Source: Monocercomonoides exilis PA203
Lineage: Eukaryota > Protista > Preaxostyla
DNA: 64,000 nt
Assembly: GCA_001643675.2 (NCBI GenBank)
Contig: LSRY02000037.1
Coordinates: forward strand, 868,001 to 932,000
Direction of reading: 5' to 3'
The notes under the pieces are model-generated. The model was not told where the DNA came from. It did no database searches and saw only the letters and a list, made by a program, of their open reading frames with translations. A program made the position numbers and the translations under genes. Positions 36,740 to 49,269 of the stretch are shown here, piece by piece. How positions within the stretch are numbered: position 1 is the stretch's first letter; each line of letters begins with the position of its first letter.

Positions 36740-38147
36740 TCAGAAGTAAACAAAGTAATTTTCGACATTTTGAACCAATACATAATAGCATGTCCCATAT
36801 TCAATATAATGATTCAATCCTATGATGAAATCTTCATATCCTTCTTCTTCCATCTTTTCAAATATTTTTCTCTTCAACTCAAATCTTTTCGCTTCATTGG
36901 CTTCGTCATCTGTCTTTTCTTTCAATCTTTCACAAATACGTTTGAAATACAGCAAATAATCTTTAGCCGATCGACTTTTCACTTCAAATTGGACGAACGC
37001 CTCCAAAACAGCTTCAACTGCTCCGCCTTTCAACAATTCTTCACTTTTCACAGCTTCATTTTCTGTTGCTGCTACAAATACACAAATGCACTGATCGCAA
37101 ATTTCACTGGAGTTGTCGTTAACAGCTCTGAATATGTTCACAACGCTGCTTACAAGTTCAACTGATTCATCGTTCCACAATTTGCATATGCAAAAATAAG
37201 GTCTCAATGTTCGAATCCATCTCAATAAAATATATTCTTCTTCCCTTTCTCTCTCTCGTTTATTTCCTTCTTTTCTTTTCCAATCCACAGTTTTTGCGAG
37301 CTCTTCTATTTCTCTCGCAGCCTCTCTTGCAAAATGCAGCTTGTTCGCAATCACTTCTTCCAAATTTCTATCTTTGATAAATCTTTTAATTAAAAAATCC
37401 CAAGCAGACTGATAGGTAAGTTGAGTGAGGTTGTGATGCTCCTTATGATATTCGATGATCTCTTTGATTTCATTCAAATATAGTTTTTGCTCTATTTCCT
37501 TTAAAAAAAGAGAGAAAGAAATAATAAATAATATATATAAGTAGCAGAAAGTGCTCAAACAATAAATTCATGAATGTTGCTCAAAGCCAGAAAAGCAATC
37601 TCCACTTCTTTTCGTGTTTCCTCGTTTTTCTCCTTATTAAAGGCCACTTTCAAAAGACATGATGCACAAATTGGAAGCAATTTCGCTGAAAGGTTGAAAC
37701 TTAGCGCTTGATAGCATTTACAAAGATCAAAAAGAAGCTTTTCATTCATTCCTTCTTCCTTCATTTCTTCTTCAATAATCATCTTCTCAAATCTTTCACT
37801 CAATGAAGAATCATCAAAGCCATAATTCCACGGAAATTTCAATGTCCTGTTATACCCCAAGTGATTTAGAAGCAAAACGGCATTTTCCAAAGGCATTTTC
37901 TTTTCTTCAATCATTTTGTCTATGCTATTGAATAGTTCTTCGGTGAAGGCAGATTCGAATTCTTCTCTGTCCATCTCCTCCATTAGTCCATGTAATTCTT
38001 CAATTTCATGTTTCTGCTCACTTTCAGTGGAATGTTCAAGCTTAGAAAACAATTCTTCAAAGAAAAAAAAAAAACGATCATCAAAAAATTCGCATGCAAC
38101 ATTAAATGCAAACCAGTGAATCTTTCAGTTGCATTCTTTGCCTGCAT
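36740..38147 (-). CDS. Intact YFVNV-family helical (possibly ARM/HEAT-like) protein, 428 aa, exons 38147-38114, 38054-37561, 37498-36740
   Basis: Spliced length 34+494+759 = 1287 nt with no internal stop; introns GTTTGC..TTTGAAG and GTTTGA..TTTAAAG at the same positions as in the paralogues. Fold assignment is inference. Confidence 0.85.
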
Positions 38148-39439
38148 TGATGAAAACGTATTTCAATCAGATAGCCAAGAATTCAGCCATTCAAATGAAA
38201 AACAGGAAACACAGAAAGAAATGAAAAGCATATTGCAAAAAATTTGAAACAGCCATGAAAATATAAGATCTTATACCATTCAATGTTTTTAGTGTTTTTG
38301 ACAAAGAATTGAAAAGAATACAAACTTTATCTTATTTGATTTGTTGTTATGGATTCAATGATCAAAAACTTTTTCGTATTGTGTTGAAGATTGCTAAAAA
38401 CATAAGAACAGTGAATGAATCTGTATTTCGGAATAAGAAATATTTTTTCCTGTTATGATAGCTGGAAATGGTGGAGATACAATGATTTTCTAGTTCTGTT
38501 TGATGACTTTAGATAATTGGACGACCAAGGGGAATACAACAATTTTATCAATAACACAAAAAGATGCTCTGTACGCAATTTTTATTGTTCTATTGATTGT
38601 GAAGATATTTCCGTCTGTATCCTTTCGAAAGTGCAGGAATATGAGTTATTGCTGAAATGGCCAATCTCCGCTTTAGAGAGCAAAACATTGAGAATGGGGA
38701 TGTTATGAAATTTTATTTTGGAGAGCAGATTTTCATGAACATGGATTGCAATAGAACTTAATTTTCATTTGAATATATGATTAAAAAGCATTTAACTGTT
38801 ATTTTATTGAATGAAGACAAAAGAGGAAAGAATTCTATGAAATTTTGGTTTGCATAATATTAAATAACACATTGGAACATAGGTAGGTGAAGCAATTTGT
38901 GATATGTTTGTGCAAGGAAAGTGATTGGCCACGCGGAAAGCGGAATACTAATAACGAAAAAAGACCAAGAAATGAATACAAAGCAATGTGATTGGAATAT
39001 GGTTCAAGTATTGTTACGCAGCTATCTTCTGCTTTGGCAGTCAATAAGACGTGCCTGCGTTTTTTGAAATATGTTTTCAGCGAAGCACAGTCGTTTTTTC
39101 ATCATGCTGTTGGAACAGGGGAAATGAAGGCCAACAGATTCTGCTCCAGCTCATGCCTTTGAAAGGACAATCAAACTTGAGAGGATTGCTTCAATCATCA
39201 TCCATCTGGTGTGTTTATTGGATTTGATAAAGGAGCAGACAGAAGTCTTGGAACTTCAGCAACAGACACAAAGTTGCAGACAGAACTCGAAGAAGTCAGA
39301 GGCCGAGCAGAAATTGAACGCGCACAATCAGAGGAGGGAGCGTGCACATGTAAAGCAGCAGTACCAGATAAGCGCGGAAGGAGGTTGTTTCCAGACTCTA
39401 TTTTGATGCCTTGAAGCTAAAAATATAACATTCACAGGA

Positions 39440-40925
39440 ACACCAACTACACTGCCCACGACTCCCACTCGTCTTCAAACGCACAATACGAAACACGAAA
39501 CACCCCAATCATCCCTTTCCCGTGGCACACTTGCCCAATCGCATACGTTGCATCCCACAGAGCCATCGACAGCATACTTTCCTGAGGCACAACCGCCCCA
39601 ATCGCAACAAACTCATCCACAATCTCACTCTGCCTGTCCGAGCTCAATTGCAACGACACTCCATCCGATGCCAAACACCCACCCACGCCCACACCCACTT
39701 CTCTTCTCTTCTCTCTCCTCCCAAACAGCCTCTCCCCAATAAACGTGATGCTCATTGTCCCGTCCGGCTGTGTCATCCCTTCCACAACTGGCTTCCCCAC
39801 AATCCGCTCCCGCTCGGCACACAGCTCCACCAGCTCCCCCGTCACAGTCATCGTCACCAGATAGTCCCGCCAGCTCCCACACACACTCTCGTTAACCAGC
39901 TTCAAACACTCCAGATGCCCAGGAGCAATCAGAAGCGATTCCACATCCAGAATCTGCCCTTCTTCCTTTTCCTCTTCCTCTTCCTTTTCCTCTTCCTTCT
40001 CCAAATCAATCGTGCTACCTTTTCCCACTGACTCCTCATTCATCTCCAAACCATTCGCAGACATTTACACCTGGTCCTCATCTTTTCCCACTCCATCTGT
40101 ACATCAATCTGAAGTTACATTCAAATGACACATCTGCTGCTTTTACCGCAGCCTCACTCTCCTCTGCTCCTGAAATCTCCTGTTGAATGCCATTGGATGG
40201 AGAAGAATTGCACACTTCAGGTTCCACTTAATGCTGTTTGTCTGTATCCGCCTCAGCATCAGCCTTTACAAACCTCAGCCGACTCAGCCCTAGTGCCTCC
40301 ACAACCATCTGCACCATCGCTTCTTCCAGCTTCCTTTGGTTCTCTTTGATTCTCTCCACAAACTCTCTGTGCGCTGTCGGATACACGCCTTTCTCCTCAT
40401 TCACATCACCTTCCTCTGCTTCTTCCCGCTCCTCCAGCACCGCCAGCACAATCTCCTCAGGCAACAGAACCACATTCTCCATCCTCAGCCCCGCTGCCGA
40501 CAGCCCCTTCTCCACAATCTCCTCCACTTCACACTGCAACACCTCGCCCCGTCACTTTCTCGTCCAGTTTCACCTCCACACGCCTCGACTGTTACGATCG
40601 CCATATTTGCAGTGAAGGGTCAAACAGATCGTAGATCGACGGGAAAGCATTCAATTCTGGCGCTGCAAAGATCCGCTTGATAAACGAATTCGTGCTAACA
40701 GAAAATGGAAGAGACGGAAGCGGGGCGACCAGCGGAACCGAAAGCATCACCGAAAGCGCCACATCTTAGGCACACACGAACAACACCTCTATACAGCACC
40801 TCCAGCCCCACCACAACATATCCATGCAGCGTCTGCAGCGCCCGCGGAGACAACAGCAGCTGCAGCGACAGCTGCATCTGCGGCGCATACGCTCCAGCCA
40901 CCTCAAGCACCACAATCCTCTTTTT
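39440..40925 (-). pseudogene. Decayed/truncated gene resembling the ATP-grasp-like region of IQCH-family proteins
   Basis: SSDRQ..FVAIGAVVPQES..ALWDATYAIGQVCHGKGMIGVFRVSYCAF..WAV resembles, from recall, the IQCH pattern (Q..GA.xPQ.S..L..A..AIG....KG.IG...V.F..F...WAVD). Stop immediately after WAV; upstream ORF pieces 40228-40542 and 40695-40913. Confidence 0.4.
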
Positions 40926-40985
40926 GATGAAATTTTCACAATTGATTTAAATAATTTTTGTTTGATTGCTTATTTCCTTTCATAT

Positions 40986-41241
40986 GGGTGATTATTTTTG
41001 AAATCATAACTTTTTTCAAGGTCCTTATTTTTTAAATATTGTTTGTATTTGGGAAGAGATTTTGTGTTCAAATGCTAAATTCATCACAACTGGTTTTATA
41101 CCAATTCTTTAAAACACTAATAAAGAGGCTAATATCTTTTATTGGTCCTTTCATTTTTCAGTGTTCTTTTTTTGAAATTCGGTTGAAATTTTCGAACCGA
41201 AATTTTTGATTGAAGAAATATGTTTTCAAAAATAATCACAC
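40986..41241. mobile_element. MITE family B, copy 3 (4-bp TSD ATAT)
   Basis: atat|GGGTGATTATTTTTGAAATCAT ... TTTTCAAAAATAATCACaC|atat; same length, more diverged interior. Confidence 0.85.
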
Positions 41242-41486
41242 ATATATGCAATCATCAATGTTTCATTTTCTTTTCAAGAATTCATTCGATTTCATTAAGG
41301 TTGAAATCAATTGAGACTGAAATTGAGTTGTTTCAGATAGAGATTTAATTCGCAATGGAGCGAATCTACAAACGCAAGGAGCAGGTTTGCTCCTCAATAA
41401 TGAGTGTTATTATAAATTATGGGTGGTTTTAGATCAAACTTCGCTAACGAATTTTCTTCTAATTGACACCATTGTCCGCATTTGAA

Positions 41487-42673
41487 ATGACGCAAATTCC
41501 TGTTAGTATGGCAGACAGCTACAGCGAGGAGAAAACAGTTGATCTTGTTCAAAGGCTCAAGAGAGTTGAAAATTGGATTGATGAAGTGTCAAGGAGCAGA
41601 GGAGGACCAAGTCGCACCGGGGCAATGGGAATAATACAAACGAGAAAGGTTAAGAGAGAACGGCCAAGAAGAAGATCTCTGTCGAGATCAAGCGAATCGG
41701 AGTCCGAAACAAATATTGCAGATATGATCGAAAAGAAAAGACAGAGACAGCCGTTGAGGGGCCGTCGTACACTTAGTCAAATAAATAAATTGAAAGTCGA
41801 AAAGGACAGCGAGAGTGATTCCGAAGGGACAGAAGAGCGGGATGATAAAGAAAGATCAGATGATTTTTTGGGAATTTCCCAGACGATTGGCTGACGCCCA
41901 GGAAACAGGCAGGCGAACTGAAGAGATTTTTGGAGTTTTGCATGGCCAGATCGATTAGAATAAACGATGATATCTTAAACACGTTTTTCCCAGAGATGGA
42001 AAAGAGTTTCTTCACCAGACACACTGATGCGAGTTGAAACGCCTTTGCGGTGACGGGGGTCACCGCTGAAGGAAGAAAGGACTCACCAGAAGCTATACGA
42101 GTCATTGAGCTGCTCCAACCTGCCCTTGAATCGGGGTTTGAAGCTGCCAAGGCGAGTGCAGCCATCACAGCAAGTGAGTGAAGGAAAGCACATATAGAAG
42201 AAGAAGAGAAAGAGCGACTGAGTGGGCTCTTCTGCTCATATGCCCTGATTGCAGACTGTATTAGCCGCATTAACCTATTGAAGGTTATTCCCCAGTCAAA
42301 CTGGGAAAACGTGAAGTGTTTCCTTGAAGTTGGAACGTCCAAGGACTTCCCAGAGAGCCTGAGGAGGTTGGTGGAAAGCACCAGCTTTTTTCGTTCAGAG
42401 GGGGATGGCTCAGGGTACGGAGCATCCCCCGCTTCTCCCACAGCCTTCGGCCTTGTCGCAGCCAGGAGCGGACGCTCAAGGAGGTACAGCACAGGCAGGA
42501 ACGCTCAAGGCTTCGCTTACAGGCAACTCCAAAAGCACGGCTTCGACGGGAGCTTCACGAATTTCAAAGAAAGATGGAGGTCAACACAAGTCCAACCACA
42601 GCATGCCCCAGCATCAGCTGGGAGACTTGCCCCGATCACAGTTCCCCTCCCCCCAGCTCCTTCGAGGATATAA
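41487..42673 (+). pseudogene. gag-like ORF1 of DIRS element 1 (frameshift near 41870, in-frame TGAs)
   Basis: First ORF after the left ITR; continues as ..WLTPRKQAGELKRFLEF..LLKVIPQSNW..SFFRSEG. Assigned by position. Confidence 0.6.
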
Positions 42674-43200
42674 GGAGGACCAGCAACAGGGACAGCATCT
42701 GGATCGAGCCAATGGGCCTAGAAAAAGCGAGGAGGAAGGAGATCGTGCTTTGCCGCGAGACAGAGAGAGAAGAGAGAGCAACGCAATGCCGCGAGACAGA
42801 GATAAACGAAACGCTATCGAATTCCGAGGGAGTGACAATGCAACGGGGAGTCTTATTAAATCAACAGACAGTACCAAGAATGGAACCCGTGGGAGCTTGC
42901 GAGAACAACTAAAGGGCATTGAGTCTATTCGATCGAGAGAGGAGGATAGATCAAGAGATCCTGAGAGACCACGAGACGGATGCATGGAGAGAGAACACAG
43001 AAGAAGACTCCGTAGATCCCCGCAAGACAAAACAGAAGAACAATCGTTAATCTGGGAAGGAGAAAAAGAAGGGAGTTTGGAGAGCTTCTGGGAAGATTAT
43101 CGAGCCCCCAATTGGGAGAACTCTGGATGCGAGCTCGAAGACAGTTATTGCAGACATTTTCGAAGGAGAAGGGAATACACAGACACAGTTTGGCCACAGG

Positions 43201-44990
43201 ATGCCAGAAGTGAAGAGGAGTCAAGCGTTTGGACCACCGAAGGAGCCACTTCCGGGGAGACTGGTGAACAGACTGAGCGAGTGGAAGAAGATTGGGGGAG
43301 ACAAACTAGTGAGCCGTGGTATAAAAGCTCGATGGAAAAGTCCTCAATCCCCAATTTCACTCGAGGAGAGAAAACACAGACAAGAATTTCGGGGAACAAC
43401 GGAGATGATGAACAATTATTTATCCCTCTTGGAGGAGGAATTGAGGGACGGAGTGGTGAAGCCCACTGCAGAGTCGGAGGTGAAGTGGTTCAACCCGACA
43501 TTCATGGTGATAAAGAAAAACGGAAAGTGGAGAAAGATACTAGATTGCAGGAAGCTAAACGAAGAAGTGCAGGGAAAGCATTTTAAGATGGATTCCCAGG
43601 AGACAGTGGTGGAACTCATGGAGGAGAACGACTGGATAGCAACTCTGGACATAGCGAGTGCATGTCAGCATGTCAAAGTGGACGAATAATTCAGTCCCTA
43701 TCTGTGCTTCAGCTTTCAAAGTCAATGCTACGCTTACGTAGGGATGCCATTTGGAGCGAAAGATGCACCCAGAGTTTTCACGAAGATAATGAGATGGGCG
43801 GAGTCATATATCAGAGAACAGTGGAAAGTGAAGCTAGTTATATATCCGGACGACATTCTCCTCATGCACCCAGACAGGGAAGTTTTGAGATCGATCTTAC
43901 AGGATATTGCCCAGTTCCTGAGAAATCTGGGCTGGATACTGTCGGAAGAGAAGCTGAATTTGGAACCCACAAGGAGCGTGGAGTTTCTGGGATGGTTGTG
44001 GAACTCAAAGAAGATAGAAGTGACGCTCCAAGAAAGGGAGAGAGTGCTTCTCCTGGAGGATGCGTGAACCTGGATAGCATTTGCAAAGGAAAGGAGGAGA
44101 CAGAAAACGAGAAACCTAGCAGCGCTTCTCGTGAGGCTGAATTTTGTGAGGTTGAAACACCAATTAGCGAGCTAGTGGATGAAGCGCATGCAACACGTGC
44201 TGAGGCAGGCAATAGCCTGCGGAGGCTAGAAGGGAATCGTGATAGTCAACCCAATGATACTGGGAGAATTAACACACTGGAGAAAGATCCTACAAGAAAA
44301 CAGACCAAGGAGTCTGAAGAGAAGGAACAGACCAGCGTTACTAACGACGGACGCTTCAGAGCTGGGATGGGGTGCAGTATTAACAATACCGAGGGAGAAC
44401 AAAGAGGAGAAGATATATGTCCACGGAAGTTGGACCCTCCAGGAAAGTGCGTTTGCGATAAACGAGAAGGAGTCCAGAGCAGTGTTGAGGACACAAGAGA
44501 GAAAGGGAGCATGGCTGCAACAACAGAAGATAGACCATATTCGTCTGAGGACAGACAATATGTCCACGAGATTGACAATACAGAAAAAGAGGGGAGCGCC
44601 ATCGCTCATCCCAACACTGAGAGCGTTGGAGAAAAAACTGTACAGCGTGGATATTACAATACAGACGGAACATCTCCCGGGAGAGCAGAACACGGAGGCA
44701 GATGCACTCAGCCGGATGGCGAAAAAGCCGGACTATGCACTGAGGGGGAAGAAAGTCGCAGAGATAGTACAAACAATCGCACCGAGAATACCAGATACAA
44801 TTTTAGAACAGATTGCGCTGGTGCCCTGCGGAAGTACTTGGAGACTATCTTCCGTGAGAAGGAAGAGAAAGAAAGAAATGTTGATTAACGAGATTGAACC
44901 AGTCCGTTATGGAGAAACATCGGATTGATCTCTAAAGAGGTGAGAAATGATAACCAGAATTTACCCCCATGAGAAGTAATTAGTGTTAGA
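43201..44990 (+). pseudogene. Reverse transcriptase / RNase H of DIRS element 1 (stops; YxDD reads YPDD; methyltransferase core missing)
   Basis: GRL..EW, FMVIKKNGKWRKILDCRKLN, LDIASA, MPFGAKDAPRVF, IYPDDIL, EFLG; RNase H TTDASELGWG, INEKE, RTDN, NTEADALSR. Confidence 0.93.
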
Positions 44991-44999
44991 CTGGAGAGG

Positions 45000-45911
45000 A
45001 AAATACATAAGAAGGAAACACTTAAAAGCATGGAGAGAATACATTGGAGCGAAAGACATATTAGCAGCAATATTGAGTAACCTTAATAGTGAAAGAGATA
45101 CATGGAGAGCGATGCGAAGAATTAACAACACTTGGACAAGTGAAGCACTGGCGATACTGACCCCTTCACAACCAAAGATGCCTCATGGATTATGGGAAAA
45201 TTAATTGAAACTATCCAATACAAATATTTCAAGGGGAAAGATAAATAAAGCTGAACTTAAAGAATTATTGTAAATTAACATTTTCAGAAGAAATTAAGAC
45301 GAATGGAGATAAGCTGAGAAGGGGCAAGCAATATAAATAAATGTGGGATTATTCAATTATTACAAAAGGGGAAGAAACCACAGATAACTCAACAGACCCA
45401 AAAGCACTCCAGAGGAGAGCCCCCAAACTAACAGAAATTTTGTAATGTTAGAGCCAGATGAGATTGAGAGATTAAGAAGGGAGTGTTTTATATTGCAAGA
45501 GAATACAGTATTAATAGAAGTGCAGATAAAGATAACAACAAGGAATACTATAAAAATCGATATTAACAAACACTCAAACGCACTCATCGATGCAGAAGAA
45601 ACGCTCCGACGTTAGCTTAATTTCACCAGGACAGCTTTTTAGGATGAACATGTGTGGTTGGTATAAGAGAAGGTCTGCCTGCAAGTATGCAGAGAATTAA
45701 AGAAGAGTTCGAAGCTATTCAAAGAGAGTATGAAAAACACGACACATTTACCGCGTTCTCGATTAGACATATAGTAATAATACATAAATCAAGAAGAATA
45801 GGTTCGGATTGGAAAGAGATTAATGCAGAAGCGAGATGTGAACCGAGTTCAAGAGTGGAACAGGAACTCTTTTCAGTTTACCGGTTTTCGACACGAAATA
45901 AATCCTGTTGA
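45000..45911 (+). pseudogene. Tyrosine recombinase relic of DIRS element 1
   Basis: Position after pol; ..FTAFSIRH..INAEARCEPSS parallels PYSLKAA..AKFARLSPK in element 2. Heavily decayed. Confidence 0.6.
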
Positions 45912-46500
45912 CGATCAACTTCCAAGAACCCCCTCGTGGAGAAGAAGAAAAGTGGGATATAAATAGAGGAAGGAAGGATATGAGAATTGAGAAAGCAAAT
46001 TCAGAGATGAAAAATTGCACTGAAAAGACATCAGAAACTGGGTGAGAAGAAGATATGAGGAAGGGGAAAGCTGTCAAAGAAACGAGACTTAAAGCTTTGA
46101 GAAGCGATAAAGCAAAGAGAAATAACTTAATCCAACACAACTTATCCCGACAACCCCTGCGTCAGAGAACACCTCAAATAATTCCCAGCAGCAGAAGCGA
46201 GCTGACTGGAAGCAAAGACACTGCCTAACAGAGAAAAAAGGGCACGGACCGGAGGAAGCATGGTGTGAAAAGTCAAGGTTAGATGTCAAAGAATTCAAGA
46301 GAAATGAATACCCGATCGAGAACGCCTCGGAAACACCCCAAGAAAGGGAGGGAGTAGAGACAGGAGCCGCACCTTCATCCGCAGTCTCTCCAAACATCCG
46401 CCGCACGATGACGTGCTAGACAGGAGGGTTTAAGATCATTATATATAAATAAATAAATATAAAATTAAGTAAGAATAAATATTTAAAAAGGGATTTCAAA

Positions 46501-46597
46501 ACTCATTATTGAGGAGCAAACCTGCTCCTTGCGTTCGGATATTCGCTCTATTGCGAATTGATAGAACGCAGTGAGACAGGATTTGCTCCGAAATAAT
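46501..46597. repeat. Internal complementary region (ICR) of DIRS element 1
   Basis: First half is the reverse complement of 41347-41405 and second half the reverse complement of ~47215-47253. Implied circle junction ..TTCTATC-AA-TTCGCAAT.. Confidence 0.9.
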
Positions 46598-47787
46598 ACT
46601 AACGCGGATGGAGAGACTCAGAGCGGCTGGGTGCGTCAGAGAGAAACACATTTGGAGGAATATGACGAAACAGGGTGAGATATAGAAGGATCGAGAAAAA
46701 GATCAACCGCCCGAAAATATTAATGTGCACATAGAACCTGTTTAGAGAAACATGGGAACAAATAGAAAGTTTTAATCATGCTCCTATTCCTAAACAAGAT
46801 TTTAATTGTTTTCACAGAGAAGAATTAAATTTAAAATATGCAGTGTGTGATGTTTTGGGGTTGCTCTGTTGATGCAGCAGAAGAGAAGGAGGCAGAGCAC
46901 GTCACATGCAGTTTTCTTTTCCATGCCTCGCGGAAGCGAGAGTGATTTTTCTTTCTGCTCCATTTTGAGCTTTCGCCTTATTGGATCCCTGCACGGTCTG
47001 CAGGAGAGAGCTCCGAGGGGCAATGTCCCCTACCCTCTGGTCTTCGTGATTAAGGCGAAAAGGCGAAGAGGGTGGTGAAGTGAAGCGGACAATGAATTAT
47101 TTCATTTTTCAATTTTTAATGTTATTGTTTAAGACTTTTGTCTCGCTCTTTTTCCACGTCATTTGGGAGGGCGAAGTTCTCACTTAAACCACCCATAAAT
47201 CGTGATCAATACTCATTATTTCGGAGCAAACCTGTCTCACTGCGTTCTATCAAAGAAAACGACTAATGAAGCCCTTCAAGAATGCAAACATTAGCTGTTC
47301 TTTGGTTTTCGACTAAACAATCAGGAACTCAAAAAAGTCATGAAACTCTTCTTCTTAATCCTTTTACAAGATTGCAGTTTCCCTCTTCCATCGTTTTTCA
47401 ATTTCATATCGTGAATAAATTTGATTCCAAAAGGGGAAGAAATTAATCTCGTGGAGCTTCATGAATCGAATAACAATTCTCCATTTGTTTTTGATGAATA
47501 TTTGTTGGTTTGATCAACAGGAAATAAAAAATTGGCATTTCTTGCCTCTCTCAGCTACATCAGGTTGCTTTCATAGAAATCGTTTTTAAATCTTTATTTA
47601 AAAGGTGAAACAATTGGGATAGATACGGGAACCTTCTCAATTTGTGGATCATCGTCGATGTTTAATATTTATTTGATTTTGCTTAATTTTAAGGGATATT
47701 CATTAAGAATGGATTGCACTTTAAATAAACAGAACGGGAGAATTCATTAATAGTTAAACCGAAGACAGAAATCGAGAGACAGTCCCA

Positions 47788-49193
47788 ATGGAAAAGTTTT
47801 CAAGTTTGTTCATATTTCACGGTTTTTTCTTTAAAGCTCAATGATTTTTTTCGTTGGAATAAATTTTTTTCTTTAAAATTGTTTGATGAATTGAAAAGCT
47901 GCAGCGTTTCGGAACAAAAAAAGAAAATCGAAGAAATGAACAGATTGATTGATGAAATGAATAAAGAGGAAATTGAACATGTTTACACAACAGAACTGTT
48001 CAACAAAATCTATCAAATGATTGAAGAAGAGAAACTGACGATGGAAAATGCAATCTTGCTGTTGAAACACATGGGATATTGCAACATTTTGAAAAGCATA
48101 TACGTTGAGGACTTTTTCTTTTCTTCATTAAGCGGAAGATTTGAGGAGATGATTGTTGATGAAGAACAGAAAAAAGAAGGAAATGACGAAAAGCTTTTTA
48201 TCGACCTCGTTGAATGTTATCTTTTGCTTGATAACCGGATGTCTGTGGATCTATATCACATCTGCGTTCCTTGCCTTTTGAAAGCAGCCTAAAAGAAAGA
48301 AGAAGATGAGGAAACACAAAAAGAAGCGGAGATATCTTTGCTAGCACTGGCAATATCGGATATATTGTATGACTATTTCCATTTCATTATTGCAATTGTT
48401 GATATTTATTTTAATTTCTTATTTGAAACAGCCAAAAGAAATGTTTACGAATGAAATCAAAGAAATCATCCTGCATCATCAGGAGCATCGGAATCTGACT
48501 CAGCTTGCCTATCAGTCTGATTGGAAGTTTTTGATAGGCCGATTATTCTTCGATCATAGTCTTGAACATGTTATTGTGAACGAATTGCACTTTGAAAGAG
48601 AGGCAATTAGAGAATAAGAAGAGTTAATGACATGACGTGAGGATTGGAAGAGAAAAGAGGAAGAGAAAAGAGTAAAGAAAGCAGAGAAGCGAAAATCCTC
48701 GAGCAATGGCTTCGGACGATAGCGTTTTTCTTGGAACACTGTCAGCTGTGGAATGTTGAATTTATTATACTTTTGAGCATCGTTTGAAAGAGTGTATCGA
48801 GTGGCAAAGGGTAACTTCAGAGAAATTAGCGACGAGTGCATTTGTGTATATGAAGCAGCAACAACTTACAGAGAAATGACAATTTATGGCTTGTTGAGGA
48901 GTGGAGCTGTTGATGTTTTTCTGGAGGAGATTCTTCAGTCAACATATAATGACAAAATGGCGTGTAAAGGCTTGGAATTTTTTGTGAATGCTTCAAGAAG
49001 ATTGAATGAAAAAGAGGGCTTTCCATTTGAAAAAGCGAAAAGAAAAAAATTGAAAAGGAAAGTGTTTGAAAAGATGGAGGAGGAAGGATATGAAGATGTC
49101 ATTACAAGTTTTCATGATATAATAGATTTTCTCAACGAAATATATAATCGTAAAATATCAAAAAACTTGGCAGAATATTTTGTGAATGTTTGA
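47788..49193 (+). pseudogene. YFVNV-family pseudogene (mutated first acceptor, several stops/frameshifts)
   Basis: LFDELKSCSVSEQKKKIEEM.., EHRNLTQLAYQSDW, KMEEEGYEDVITSFH..LAEYFVNV*; stops at 48290 and 48615. Confidence 0.88.
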
Positions 49194-49269
49194 GAAAATG
49201 AAATTTTTTGTGTTTTAAACTCAAAAACCTTTTTTTTCTTTTCTTTTTTTTTCTATTTTCAACATTTCA

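Larger units (their letters stand above)
41347..47253 (+). mobile_element. DIRS-type tyrosine-recombinase retrotransposon, element 1 (decayed)
   Basis: Left ITR ~41347-41444, right ITR ~47171-47253, internal complementary region 46501-46597 pairing with both termini; gag, RT/RNase H and YR relics in DIRS order; no long TSD. Confidence 0.92.

Noticed and set aside
41870-48620. Stop-codon reassignment (TAA/TAG = Gln or TGA = Trp) to explain in-frame stops
   Set aside because: The 2646-aa and 1860-aa ORFs and the intact DIRS contain no such codons. The stops align to different residues in paralogues, co-occur with frameshifts, and TGA terminates intact genes.
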